From: Candidatus Limnocylindrales bacterium
Lineage (GTDB): Bacteria; Chloroflexota; Limnocylindria; Limnocylindrales; CSP1-4
DNA length: 64,000 nt
Assembly (NCBI GenBank): GCA_038319665.1
Contig: JBBQDL010000002.1
Span: 25,289 to 89,288 of the forward strand
Direction of reading: 5' to 3'
Of the stretch, positions 17,003 through 25,963 are shown one piece after another; positions within the stretch are counted from its first letter, which is position 1; each line of letters opens with the position of its first letter. Both the position numbers and the translations under genes were made by a program. Below the pieces are notes generated by a model. It did not search any database and was not told where the DNA came from. It saw nothing but the letters and a program-made list of their open reading frames with translations.

Positions 17003-18877
17003 GTGAACCGCTTCCAGAAGCTTGCCGCGCTCACCCTCGCGACCGCTCTCGGGCTGGTCACGATCGGGGTCATCGTGCGCGCCACCGATTCCGGGCTGGG
17101 CTGTCCCGACTGGCCGCTGTGCCACGGGCAGCTGATCCCAGCCCTCGGCGATTCGAAGGCATGGATCGAATGGATCCATCGCACGGTCGCGGTCATCATC
17201 GGCTTCGAGATCCTGGGGCTCGCCCTCCTCGCCATCCGGGACTACCGCGACCGTCGTTCCATCCTCTGGCCCTCGCTCGGCGCGGTCGCGCTCGTCGGAT
17301 TCCAGGCGTGGCTCGGGAAAGAGACGGTCCGACTCGGCAACAGCGGGGAGTCGGTCACGGCGCATCTGGCGACGGCTCTGGCGCTCGTCGCAGTGCTGGT
17401 CTTCGTGACCGTCCGCGCGGGCTATCCGGCGCGGATCGGCGGGCGCGGCGGGAGCCAGCGGTTCACGCTGTTGGCGGCCTTCACCACCGCGGTCGTCTTC
17501 GCCCTGCTGCTGTTCGGGTCGCACGTCACGGCGACTGCGTCCGCGCTCGTATTCCCCGATTGGCCGCTGATGAACGGGTCGCTCTTCCCGGCCGTGACCG
17601 ATGTGACGGCCGCGCACGTCCTCCACCGCTGGGTCGCGGCGGTGGTCGGGCTGATCGTCCTGGTCCTCGCGGTCGTCGCATGGCGGACCCAGCGCGACCA
17701 TCCGACCCTCGTCCGGCTCGCCGTCGGCAGCGCTGTCCTGTTCGCGATCCAGGTCGTCATCGGTGGCGCGCAGGTCCTGACCCAGCTGGCCGAGTGGACG
17801 GTAACGCTCCACCTGGCGCTGGGGGCCGTCATCTGGGCGACGCTCACGGGGCTGACCGTGACGAGCTACTACACCGCCCGCGCACGCGTCGGGGCCGGGG
17901 CTGGCGCAGGTGCCGGCGAACCCGCCGAGACCGGGCCGGGAACCGCCGGGGCACGAACGGCCGGCGATACGGTCCGCGCCTACATCGCGCTGACCAAGCC
18001 ACGCATCATCGAGCTGCTGCTCGTGACCACGGTCCCGGCGATGGTCCTCGCCACGCGCGACCTGCCGGGCGCCGCCGGCGGCGTGGACTGGTCCGACTGG
18101 GGCGTCCTCGTCTTCTGGACGATGGTGGGCGGGACGCTCGCGGCCGGCAGCGCCAACGCGATCAACTGCTATCTCGACCGCGACATCGACCTGCTGATGA
18201 CGCGCACCCGGCGCCGACCGCTGCCCGCCCACCAGGTCGAGCCCGAGCGGGCGGTCGTGTTCGGGCTGGCACTCGGCGTCCTGTCGTTCATCGTGATGGT
18301 CTACTTCGTGAACCTGACGGCGGCCTTCCTGACGCTCCTCGCCATCGGCTTCTACGTCGTCGTCTACACGATCCTGCTCAAGCGAACGACGCCGCAGAAC
18401 ATCGTCATCGGCGGCGCGGCCGGGGCGCTCCCGCCGGTCATCGGCTGGGCGGCCGTGACCGGGAGCGTCGGATTGCCGGCCATCCTCCTGTTCCTGCTCG
18501 TCTTCTACTGGACGCCGCCCCATTTCTGGGCGCTCTCGCTGCGCATCCGCAAGGATTACGCCGCGGCCGGGCTGCCGATGCTCCCCGTGGTGAAGGGCAT
18601 CCCCGAGACGACGCGCCAGATCGGGCTGTACACGATCCTGATGGTCGCGATCTCGTTGGTCCTCTTCGCGGTCGGGCGGATGGGCGCGATCTACCTTGTC
18701 GCGGCTGTCGCGCTCGGCGCGATCTTCCTGTGGCAGGCCTATGGCCTGTGGCGCCGCGGCTCGTCGGAGGAAGCCTCCACGGCCGGAGCGATCCGGCTCT
18801 ACAAATACTCGATCAGCTATCTGAGCCTGCTCTTCCTCGCGGTCGCCGTCGACGCGCTAGTGGTCATCCCGGTCTAA
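17003..18877 (+). CDS. ctaA-ctaB: Fused heme A synthase (CtaA/COX15) and protoheme IX farnesyltransferase (CtaB/COX10)
   Basis: N-terminal half 'DSGLGCPDWPLCHG...HRTVA...HRWVA' (CtaA). Gly/Ala linker. C-terminal half 'YIALTKPRI...NCYLDRDIDLLMTRTRRRPL...FYWTPPHFWAL' (CtaB). Confidence 0.88.
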   Translation: MNRFQKLAALTLATALGLVTIGVIVRATDSGLGCPDWPLCHGQLIPALGDSKAWIEWIHRTVAVIIGFEILGLALLAIRDYRDRRSILWPSLGAVALVGFQAWLGKETVRLGNSGESVTAHLATALALVAVLVFVTVRAGYPARIGGRGGSQRFTLLAAFTTAVVFALLLFGSHVTATASALVFPDWPLMNGSLFPAVTDVTAAHVLHRWVAAVVGLIVLVLAVVAWRTQRDHPTLVRLAVGSAVLFAIQVVIGGAQVLTQLAEWTVTLHLALGAVIWATLTGLTVTSYYTARARVGAGAGAGAGEPAETGPGTAGARTAGDTVRAYIALTKPRIIELLLVTTVPAMVLATRDLPGAAGGVDWSDWGVLVFWTMVGGTLAAGSANAINCYLDRDIDLLMTRTRRRPLPAHQVEPERAVVFGLALGVLSFIVMVYFVNLTAAFLTLLAIGFYVVVYTILLKRTTPQNIVIGGAAGALPPVIGWAAVTGSVGLPAILLFLLVFYWTPPHFWALSLRIRKDYAAAGLPMLPVVKGIPETTRQIGLYTILMVAISLVLFAVGRMGAIYLVAAVALGAIFLWQAYGLWRRGSSEEASTAGAIRLYKYSISYLSLLFLAVAVDALVVIPV

Positions 18878-18893
18878 AGAGGGGACCGGGGTC

Positions 18894-20459
18894 TTACTGG
18901 CCCCGGGCCAGGTCGACCAGCAGCGGTTCCGCGGTCAGAGCCCCACCCAGGAAGCGCTCGAGGAGTTCCGCGGGGGTCCGCGACGCGCCTGTCACGAAGA
19001 GGGCATCCGCGACGTACCGGTACCAGGCCGGGTCGCCGTCGAACCACGGTCCGCGAACCTGGGCGGTCCGCGCCCGGACCGCGGCGGCCATGATCGCCGA
19101 GAGCGCGTAATTGGCCATATAGCCGGGCAGGTCGATCAGCTGGCCGCGGATCGCCCACCACGACCATTCGGGCTGCGGTTCGACGCCGAGACCCTCGGTG
19201 GTGACCTCGGTCCAGACGTCGTTCGGCCGCCGCTCAGGATGCCGGTGGAGCTCGATCTCGAAGAGTGCCCAGCAGAGGTCCAGCATCACGGCGCCGTATC
19301 GGCTGAGGAGCGCCTCGCGCGGCTCGGCAGCCTCGCCAAGCCAGTGCGCTTGCCATGCTGGTTCGTCGACGTCCCAGCCGAGGACATCGGCGGTGCCCTC
19401 GAGGAATGCCGCGCTCGACTCCGGGAAGTCAATGAAGGCCGGGTGCGTACGGATCGCCGCCATGTGGATCGCGTGGCCGCTCTCGTGCAGGAGCTCCAGC
19501 AGGTTGCCGAGGCCACCTTCAGCGTAGGTGGCGAAGACCCATGGCGGCCGGGGCGTCCAGGGTCCGCCCGCCGGCTGGTGTGCCGCCACGGCGCCCATCC
19601 CGAGCGTGAACGCGACCGGCACGGCCGGGCGTCCTGGCCGCGGGAAGACGTCGTACTGGATCCCCAGCGCGGCCGGGTCGGCCCCCAGCGCGGCCAGATA
19701 CTTGTCGTTGACGTCCAGCAACCGGTCGGTCGGGACAAGCCGGTCCAGCCGTCGCGCCGCGGCGCCCACTGCGTACCGGAAATCCCAGGGCTGCGGCCGC
19801 TCCGGGCCGAAGACGCCTCGCCATGCCGTCAGGATCTCCCACAGGACGCCTTCGATCGACCCGGGCGGCATCCCGAGCGCCACGGCGTTCGCTTCGATCG
19901 GCGAGCCGTGGCGAGCCCACCGTTCGGCGCTCGAACGCAGCAGGTGCCGGTACGGGCTGCCTTCCCCGCCATCGCCGTCGACCGCGCGCCAGATGGGCGT
20001 CATCGCCTCGAACAGGGTTCGCCGTCGATCCGGATCGGGCTCGGTCGCGAGCCGAGCCATGGCCGTCACGCGGTCGATCGTCTCGGCCCCGAACCGGATC
20101 GACTCCGACGCCGCCCCGAACTCGCGGTAAAGGCGGGCTCGAGCGCGTGCGATCGCCGGGTCGTCGTCCGTCGCGCCGCCTGGGATGGCTCGGGCGCCGG
20201 GCGTCGGTTCGAGCTCGTCGAGCCACGGCAGCACGCCACGCATGTTCGCCACGGCGCGGGCGTCCGCTCCGGAAGCGCCGCCTTCGACCGCCTCGAGTCG
20301 CCCCTCGAAAGCGCGCCGTCGAGCGCGATACCGCCTCACGAGCGCGGCCGTCGACCCCGCCGGGGCGTCGACCGGCGCTCCGCGCGTCCGCGCGACCACG
20401 AGGTCCCCGAAGGCCGCCAGCAACTCCCCGAACGATCGCTCGACCGCGGCCAGATCCAT
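18894..20459 (-). CDS. HExxH zinc metallopeptidase (M3/oligoendopeptidase-like)
   Basis: 'LLELLHESGHAIHMAA...FLEGTADVLGW'. ATG 20459 preferred over 20522 because it avoids overlap with the divergent gene. Confidence 0.6.
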   Translation of the reverse strand: MDLAAVERSFGELLAAFGDLVVARTRGAPVDAPAGSTAALVRRYRARRRAFEGRLEAVEGGASGADARAVANMRGVLPWLDELEPTPGARAIPGGATDDDPAIARARARLYREFGAASESIRFGAETIDRVTAMARLATEPDPDRRRTLFEAMTPIWRAVDGDGGEGSPYRHLLRSSAERWARHGSPIEANAVALGMPPGSIEGVLWEILTAWRGVFGPERPQPWDFRYAVGAAARRLDRLVPTDRLLDVNDKYLAALGADPAALGIQYDVFPRPGRPAVPVAFTLGMGAVAAHQPAGGPWTPRPPWVFATYAEGGLGNLLELLHESGHAIHMAAIRTHPAFIDFPESSAAFLEGTADVLGWDVDEPAWQAHWLGEAAEPREALLSRYGAVMLDLCWALFEIELHRHPERRPNDVWTEVTTEGLGVEPQPEWSWWAIRGQLIDLPGYMANYALSAIMAAAVRARTAQVRGPWFDGDPAWYRYVADALFVTGASRTPAELLERFLGGALTAEPLLVDLARGQ

Positions 20460-20510
20460 CGGCTCGCAGGATACGCGGCGGGTTCCGCCGCGCGCTGTCA
20501 CCATGCGCGA

Positions 20511-22190
20511 ATGCAGATCCACTTCCTCGGTGGCGCGACGACCGTCACCGGCTCACAACACCTGCTGGTGACCGAACGGGCGAAGGTCCTCATCGACTGC
20601 GGGATGTTCCAGGGCAGCCCCAACGAATCGATCCGCAACCGGGTGCCGTTCGCGTACGACCCGAAGGAACTTGACGCGGTCCTGTTGACCCATGCCCACC
20701 TCGACCATTGCGGCCTACTCCCGCTCCTCGTCAAGGACGGCTACCGAGGCCCCATCCACGCCACGGCCGGGACGGTCGAGCTGGCCGGCCTCGTCCTCCT
20801 CGACTCGGGCAAGCTCCACGAGGAGTTCGCCAAGCGCGAGGCGCGCTGGGAGAAGCGCCACCCCGACGAGGTCGCCGCCGACGACAAGAAGGAATCCGAC
20901 CAGTACCAGGCAGCCGTCGACCTCGCGGCAGCCGGCGACGCAGTGAGCGCGGCCGCCCGCGACGCAGTGAGCGCGGCCGCCGGCGACGCAGTGAGCACGG
21001 CCGCCCGCGACGAGGATACCGAGCACGTCGCGACGACCGTCGAGCCGGTGCCGGGAGATCCGCCGACCGCCTGGCCGACCGACCCGGAGGCCCAGCTCCG
21101 CGCCCAGCCGCCGCATCTCCAGATCGATCTCGATGCGCCGCTGTACACGGCGAAGGATGCCGAGGCATCGCTCGCTTCGTTCAAGGCCATCAAATACGGG
21201 CAGGAGATCGAGGTCGCGCCGGGCGTCCACGCGACATTCGTCGATGCCGGCCACATCCTGGGTTCCGCGATCATCAGGTTGCGCGTCCAGGACCAGGAGG
21301 GTGGCGAGGAACGGATCATCGTCTGTTCGGGCGACCTCGGCCGCCCGGACACCCCGATCCTGCGCGATCCAACGGTGATGACCGACGCCGACTACGTCCT
21401 CGTCGAATCGACCTACGGCGGCCGCGAGCACGAGCCCGAGGCAGAGTCGATCCGCGTCCTCGCCGAGACGGTCCGGATGGTCTCCGACGCCGGCGGCGTC
21501 CTGCTCGTCCCCTCGTTCGCGATCGGGCGGACGCAGGAGGTGGTCTGGGAGCTCGACCGCCTCATCGAGCGCGGCGAGATCCCGCTCCTCCCGCTCTACC
21601 TCGATTCGCCGATGGCGTCGAAGGCGTCGGACATCTACCGTCACCACCCCGACTACTACGACGAGGAGACGGCGAAGCTCCTTCGCGAGGGTGAGACGCC
21701 GCTCGATTACCCCAACCAGACGATCACCAACGACGTCAAGGCCTCGCAGGCGATCGCCCAGGCCCCGCGCCCGTACATGATCGTGGCCAGCAACGGGATG
21801 CTGACCGGCGGCCGCGTCGTCGGGCACCTGCGTAACCTCATCGACGACCCGAATGCGACGATCCTGTTCGTCGGCTACCAGGGCGAGGGCACGCTCGGCG
21901 CGCACCTCCAGGCTGGGGCGACCGAGGTCAAGCTCGACGGCCAGGTCCGCCAGGTCCGCTGCAAGACCCGCTCGATCAGCGGCTTCTCCGCTCACGCTGA
22001 CGAGAGCGAGCTGCTCGATTGGCTGCGGCATTTCGCCGACGGCAAGCACCCCGGCGACCGGGGCTACCCGCGTCGCGTCTTCCTCGTCCATGGCGACCCC
22101 GACGCCCAGATCGCACTCGAGCCGAAGGTTCGCGACCTCGGTTTCGCCACCCATATCCCGCACTGGCACGAGCATGTCGCGCTCGATTGA
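20511..22190 (+). CDS. Metallo-beta-lactamase / beta-CASP family RNA-metabolising hydrolase
   Basis: 'LLTHAHLDHCGLLP', 'FVDAGHILGS', 'ESTYGGREH', 'GFSAHADESELLDWL'. Carries a ~100-aa low-complexity insertion. Confidence 0.85.
   Translation: MQIHFLGGATTVTGSQHLLVTERAKVLIDCGMFQGSPNESIRNRVPFAYDPKELDAVLLTHAHLDHCGLLPLLVKDGYRGPIHATAGTVELAGLVLLDSGKLHEEFAKREARWEKRHPDEVAADDKKESDQYQAAVDLAAAGDAVSAAARDAVSAAAGDAVSTAARDEDTEHVATTVEPVPGDPPTAWPTDPEAQLRAQPPHLQIDLDAPLYTAKDAEASLASFKAIKYGQEIEVAPGVHATFVDAGHILGSAIIRLRVQDQEGGEERIIVCSGDLGRPDTPILRDPTVMTDADYVLVESTYGGREHEPEAESIRVLAETVRMVSDAGGVLLVPSFAIGRTQEVVWELDRLIERGEIPLLPLYLDSPMASKASDIYRHHPDYYDEETAKLLREGETPLDYPNQTITNDVKASQAIAQAPRPYMIVASNGMLTGGRVVGHLRNLIDDPNATILFVGYQGEGTLGAHLQAGATEVKLDGQVRQVRCKTRSISGFSAHADESELLDWLRHFADGKHPGDRGYPRRVFLVHGDPDAQIALEPKVRDLGFATHIPHWHEHVALD
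20934..21012 (+). repeat. 24-nt tandem repeat, about 3.3 copies, inside the beta-CASP gene
   Basis: Units at 20934-20957, 20958-20981 and 20982-21005 (GGCGACGCAGTGAGCGCGGCCGCC and variants). They encode GDAVSAAA/RDAVSAAA/GDAVSTAA. Confidence 0.9.
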
Positions 22191-23047
22191 TGCTCCCGCT
22201 CGACCTCGTCCTGGCGGTCGCGGGCCGGGTCGCGCACGAAGTCAGTCGGTGGGTGGGCGACTCCCCGCGGGCGAGGTGGGGCGTCGCGGCCGGACTCCTG
22301 CTGCTGTCGGCGATCCCGATCGCGTTCATCGGTTCCAGCCCGCGCCCGACCGACCTCACCTTCGATGACGTCCGGCAGGATCACATCCCGGCGATGACCA
22401 CGTGGGTCCGCCTGGAGGGTGAGCTGCGCCAGACGGGCGCCGGCGGGGGCCTCTATGAGCTCCATGACAGCCGCGACGACGCCAAGTACGTGATCGTCAT
22501 CACCGACGCGTCGCTCCCGCCCGGGCACACCATGGTGACCGGGCGGATCTCGCCGCTCCTGGCGGCGACCGGGAACGTCGGGACCATCGACGCGGACGTC
22601 CCGGCCGTGCCGCGCGTCGACGAGCCGATCTGGCTCTACCTGACACCCGGTGTCATCGCGATCCTGATCGCAATCGGCCTCCGGGCCGGCTACCCCGTGG
22701 TGAGGCGTGAGCGTGGTCCCGGCGATCGATCCCAGCGACTCGCGCCCGGCGAGACCGTGCCAGTTCGCTGGAGCGGCCGGATCGGCAGCGAGTCGATCGC
22801 ACGCTTCTCGCCGGAGGCCGGGACCATCGAGGTCGCGATCGAGCCCGACCTGGCGTTTCTCGCGCTATCGAGCGGCGACGTTCCTCGAACGATCCGGATG
22901 CGGCGGCCCGCGTCGGCCCAGCGCGTCCGGTTGTGCCGGATCACCAGCCGCGAAGCCGGTCTCGAGATCCACGGGCAGAACGCCGACCTCGTCCTCGGGT
23001 TCGGCGATCGCGCCACCCGGGACAGGCTCGCTGCGACCCTTCGATAG
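22190..23047 (+). CDS. Hypothetical two-TM membrane protein, translationally coupled to the beta-CASP gene
   Basis: ATG 22190 shares its A with the upstream TGA (TGATG). TM segments 'VAAGLLLLSAIPIAFIG' and 'IWLYLTPGVIAILIAIGL'. Confidence 0.55.
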   Translation: MLPLDLVLAVAGRVAHEVSRWVGDSPRARWGVAAGLLLLSAIPIAFIGSSPRPTDLTFDDVRQDHIPAMTTWVRLEGELRQTGAGGGLYELHDSRDDAKYVIVITDASLPPGHTMVTGRISPLLAATGNVGTIDADVPAVPRVDEPIWLYLTPGVIAILIAIGLRAGYPVVRRERGPGDRSQRLAPGETVPVRWSGRIGSESIARFSPEAGTIEVAIEPDLAFLALSSGDVPRTIRMRRPASAQRVRLCRITSREAGLEIHGQNADLVLGFGDRATRDRLAATLR

Positions 23048-23083
23048 GCGCCGCCACGCCTTGCCGTCGGCGCCCGCAGGTCG

Positions 23084-23114
23084 CGCCTGATGGGACCCGG
23101 CGGCGCATCAGGCG
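23084..23114 (+). terminator. Hairpin downstream of 22190..23047 (terminator-like, no U-tract)
   Basis: CGCCTGATG (23084-23092) pairs with CATCAGGCG (23106-23114). 13-nt loop. Confidence 0.3.
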
Positions 23115-23216
23115 GGACGTGAGAGGCAATGGAATCCCCATGCCGGACCATCCCTCTTCGGGCCGTGCCGGGTACGCTGGAGGGACATCGTCGCGATGCG
23201 AGTCACAGGAGCGCTC

Positions 23217-24782
23217 ATGCGACCGTCCCTGAACATCCTCGGCGAAGACCTGATCGCGAGGATCGTGGACGAGGCGAAGCGGGTCCTGGCCGAGGTCGGG
23301 ATGGAGATCCGAGGGCCCGAGATGCGCGACCGGCTCGTCGCTCATGGCCTCCCGCTCGATCCGACCGGCCGCCGCGTCCTCTTCCCGCGAGACGTCGTCG
23401 ACGCGGCGATCGCCTCCGCACCGAGCTCGTTCCTGCTGTACGACCGGGACGGCGAGCCGCACGCCGATCTCGGCGGGGATCGGGTCCACTTCATCCCCGG
23501 TTCGTCGGGGCTCAAGGTGCTCGACCATCGGACCGGCGACACGCGGCTTGCCAACTCGACCGATTTCGTCGAATACGTGCGGGTGGCCGACGGCCTGCCC
23601 AACATCCCGTATCTCGCCACGGCCTTCTCGACCAACGACGACATCGAGCCTGGTGTCTCGGATGCCTGGCGCCTGTACATGACCCTGACGAACTCGAAGA
23701 AGCCCGTCGTCTCGGGCGCATTCACCGAACACGGCGTTCCCCGGATGGTCGCGATGATGCAGCTCTTCCGGCGCGATCGGGCCGACCTGATCGCCCGCCC
23801 GATGTCGATCTTCACGATCACCGCGACCGGCAACTTCCGCTACAGCGAGGACTCCTGCCAGAACCTCATCGACTGCGTCGAGGCGGGCGTCGCGGTCGAG
23901 ATCGTGCCGGTCACCCTGATGGGCCTGATCGCACCGGTCACCGTCGTCGGAGCCACCGTGTTCCACACCGCGGACGTCCTGGCCGGGATCACGATGGCCC
24001 AGATCGTCCGGCCAGGAGCGCCGGTCCTGTTCGGCGGCGCGCCGGCCACGTTCCACATGAAGATCGCGAGCTCGCCGATGTCCGCGATCGAGGCGCTCCA
24101 GCTCGACGCGGCGTATGTCGCGGTGGCCAAGTGGCTCGGCCTGCCGACCCAGTCGTACATGGCCCTCTCGGACAGCCCGATCCTCGATGCACAAGCGGGC
24201 GCGGAGACGTTCGGCAGCGCGCTGATCGCCGCGCTTGCGGGTGTCAACTCCGTGTCCGGCCCGGGAATGCTCGATTTCCTGCTCGTGTTCAGCCTGCCCA
24301 AGCTCGTCTTCGACGACGAGATGTGCGGTCAGGCGCTCCGCTTCGTGCGCGAGGTCATGCCCCACGACGACCTGCCCGTGGGCGATCTTGTCGACCACCT
24401 GCTCGCTGACCAGCACCTGATCATGGCCGCCCACACGACGGCCCACTGGCCGACCGAGCTCTATCTGCCGAGCTCCATCGTCGATCGCGACAACCGCGAG
24501 GCGTGGATGCGACTCGGCTCGAAGGACACCTATCAACGTGCCTGTGATGAGGTCGACCGGCGGCTGGCGGCCTATCGCCAGCTCGAGACCGACCCCGCCA
24601 TCGATGGCGAGCTGCGGGCCATCATCCGCTCCGGCCTGGTCGACCCGGACCGCCCACTGCCGGTCATCCCGATCGCGCCGGAACCGGTAGTCGCCAGCGG
24701 TCCCGGCACGGGCGAGCGCCGCCATAACCGTCGTCGCGAACTCGCTCAGCGCCCGACGATCGAGGAGGAACCGAGGTCATGA
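23217..24782 (+). CDS. MttB-superfamily (trimethylamine methyltransferase-like) protein, non-pyrrolysine type
   Basis: Full-length MttB-like sequence ('[27 protein letters not shown]', '[19 protein letters not shown]'). No in-frame TAG. ATG 23217 follows AGGAG. Confidence 0.85.
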   Translation: MRPSLNILGEDLIARIVDEAKRVLAEVGMEIRGPEMRDRLVAHGLPLDPTGRRVLFPRDVVDAAIASAPSSFLLYDRDGEPHADLGGDRVHFIPGSSGLKVLDHRTGDTRLANSTDFVEYVRVADGLPNIPYLATAFSTNDDIEPGVSDAWRLYMTLTNSKKPVVSGAFTEHGVPRMVAMMQLFRRDRADLIARPMSIFTITATGNFRYSEDSCQNLIDCVEAGVAVEIVPVTLMGLIAPVTVVGATVFHTADVLAGITMAQIVRPGAPVLFGGAPATFHMKIASSPMSAIEALQLDAAYVAVAKWLGLPTQSYMALSDSPILDAQAGAETFGSALIAALAGVNSVSGPGMLDFLLVFSLPKLVFDDEMCGQALRFVREVMPHDDLPVGDLVDHLLADQHLIMAAHTTAHWPTELYLPSSIVDRDNREAWMRLGSKDTYQRACDEVDRRLAAYRQLETDPAIDGELRAIIRSGLVDPDRPLPVIPIAPEPVVASGPGTGERRHNRRRELAQRPTIEEEPRS

Positions 24783-25948
24783 CCACGCCGACGATGCCCG
24801 CCACGACCGATTCCTCGACGCTCTATTTCGGGCCGTGGTACCGGCGCTCGCCGTTCTTCGAGAAGACCCTGGCGGCCGGCTGCAGCGCCTACGACATCTA
24901 CAACCACATGTACCTGCCGGGCTACTACGCGGACCCGGTCGAGGAGTACTGGGCGCTGCTCAACGACGTGACCGTGTGGGACGTCTCGGTCGAGCGCATC
25001 GTCGAGATCACCGGGCCAGACGCCTCCGCGTTCACCAACATGCTGACCTGCCGTGATCTGACCAAGTGAGCCGTCGGCCAGGGCAAGTACGTCCTGATCA
25101 CGGCCGAGGATGGCGGGATCGTGAACGACCCGGTCCTCCTGCGGGTCGAGCAGGACCGCTGGTGGCTGGCGCTCGCGGACTCGGATGCCGGCCTGTGGGC
25201 GCGGGGAGTGGCCACGCATGCGGGGATGGACGTCGAGGTCCGCGAGCCCGAGGTCTACCCGGTCCAGGTCCAGGGGCCCAAGTCGAAGGACGTGATGCAG
25301 ACGCTCTTCGGCGATGCGGTCCTCGACATCAAGTACTACTGGACGATGACGACCGAGTTGGACGGGATCCCCGTCGTCATCAGCCGGACCGGTTGGACGG
25401 GCGAGGTCGGCTACGAGATCTACCTGCGCGACCCGTCGCGCGGCGGCGACCTGTGGGATCGGATCATGGAGGCCGGGCGCCCGCACGCGATCCGGCCGAT
25501 CGCGCCCTGCGAGGCGCGTCGCATCGAGGCCGGCATCTTCAACTACGGCTCGGACATCACCATCGCGGACACCCCGTTCCACGTCTCGGGGCTGGAGCGG
25601 CTGGTCGAGACCCAGGCGGCGGACTACATCGGCAAGAGCGCCCTGGAGGAGATCCGCGCGACGGGTGTCGATCGCAAGCTGGTCGGGATCGAGGTCGCGG
25701 GCGACGCGCTCCCGTTCGAGCTCTCGCGAAAGTGCGACGCACTGTCGGACGGGAAGGCCGTCGGGACGGTGACGGACCTCATCTGGTCACCACGGCTGGC
25801 CAGGAATATCGGCTACGTGTGGGTCCCGATCGCCCTCGCGGACCCGGGCAATCCGCTCGAGATCGTCGCGCCCGACGGTGGCATCTGGCCGGCCAAGACC
25901 GCAGCCATCCCGTTCCTCGACCCGAAGAAGGACGTCCCGAAGAGCTGA
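24779..25948 (+). pseudogene. GcvT/DmdA-family aminomethyltransferase interrupted by one in-frame TGA (25067-25069)
   Basis: ORFs 24779..25069 and 25070..25948 are in the same frame. Family similarity continues across the stop: '...NMLTCRDLTK*AVGQGKYVLITAEDGGIVNDPVLL'. ATGA overlap with the mttB-like stop. Confidence 0.8.
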
Positions 25949-25963
25949 CTGGGAGCCCCGACC

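Noticed and set aside
16946-18523. Upstream two-thirds of the 852-aa minus-strand ORF 15965..18523.
   Set aside because: It is antisense to ctaA-ctaB and reads as Arg/Asp/Pro-rich nonsense. A clean lipoprotein signal peptide starts at ATG 16945, so only 15965..16945 is called.
19239-20510. N-terminal 424 codons of the 983-aa ORF 19239..22190.
   Set aside because: It is antisense to the HExxH peptidase gene. The beta-CASP homology begins exactly at ATG 20511 (MQIHFLGG...).
20934-21012. 24-nt tandem repeat considered as a CRISPR-like or minisatellite element.
   Set aside because: It has only ~3.3 adjacent copies with no spacers. It is in frame inside a coding region, so it is a coding low-complexity repeat and not a CRISPR array.
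23115-23216. Possible riboswitch (glycine, THF, cobalamin, guanidine/ykkC) in the 170-nt leader of the MttB-like gene.
   Set aside because: I could not match the ordered conserved blocks of any of these classes. Only an isolated GGCGGGAC resemblance to ykkC was seen. The obvious hairpin (23084-23114) is better explained as the terminator of the upstream gene.
25070-25100. Selenocysteine (SECIS) interpretation of the two in-frame TGAs (also 43332-43370).
   Set aside because: The downstream hairpins are short (5 bp) and of the kind expected by chance in GC-rich DNA. No sel genes are in the window, and neither protein family is a known selenoprotein. The idea is kept only as a low-probability alternative inside the findings.
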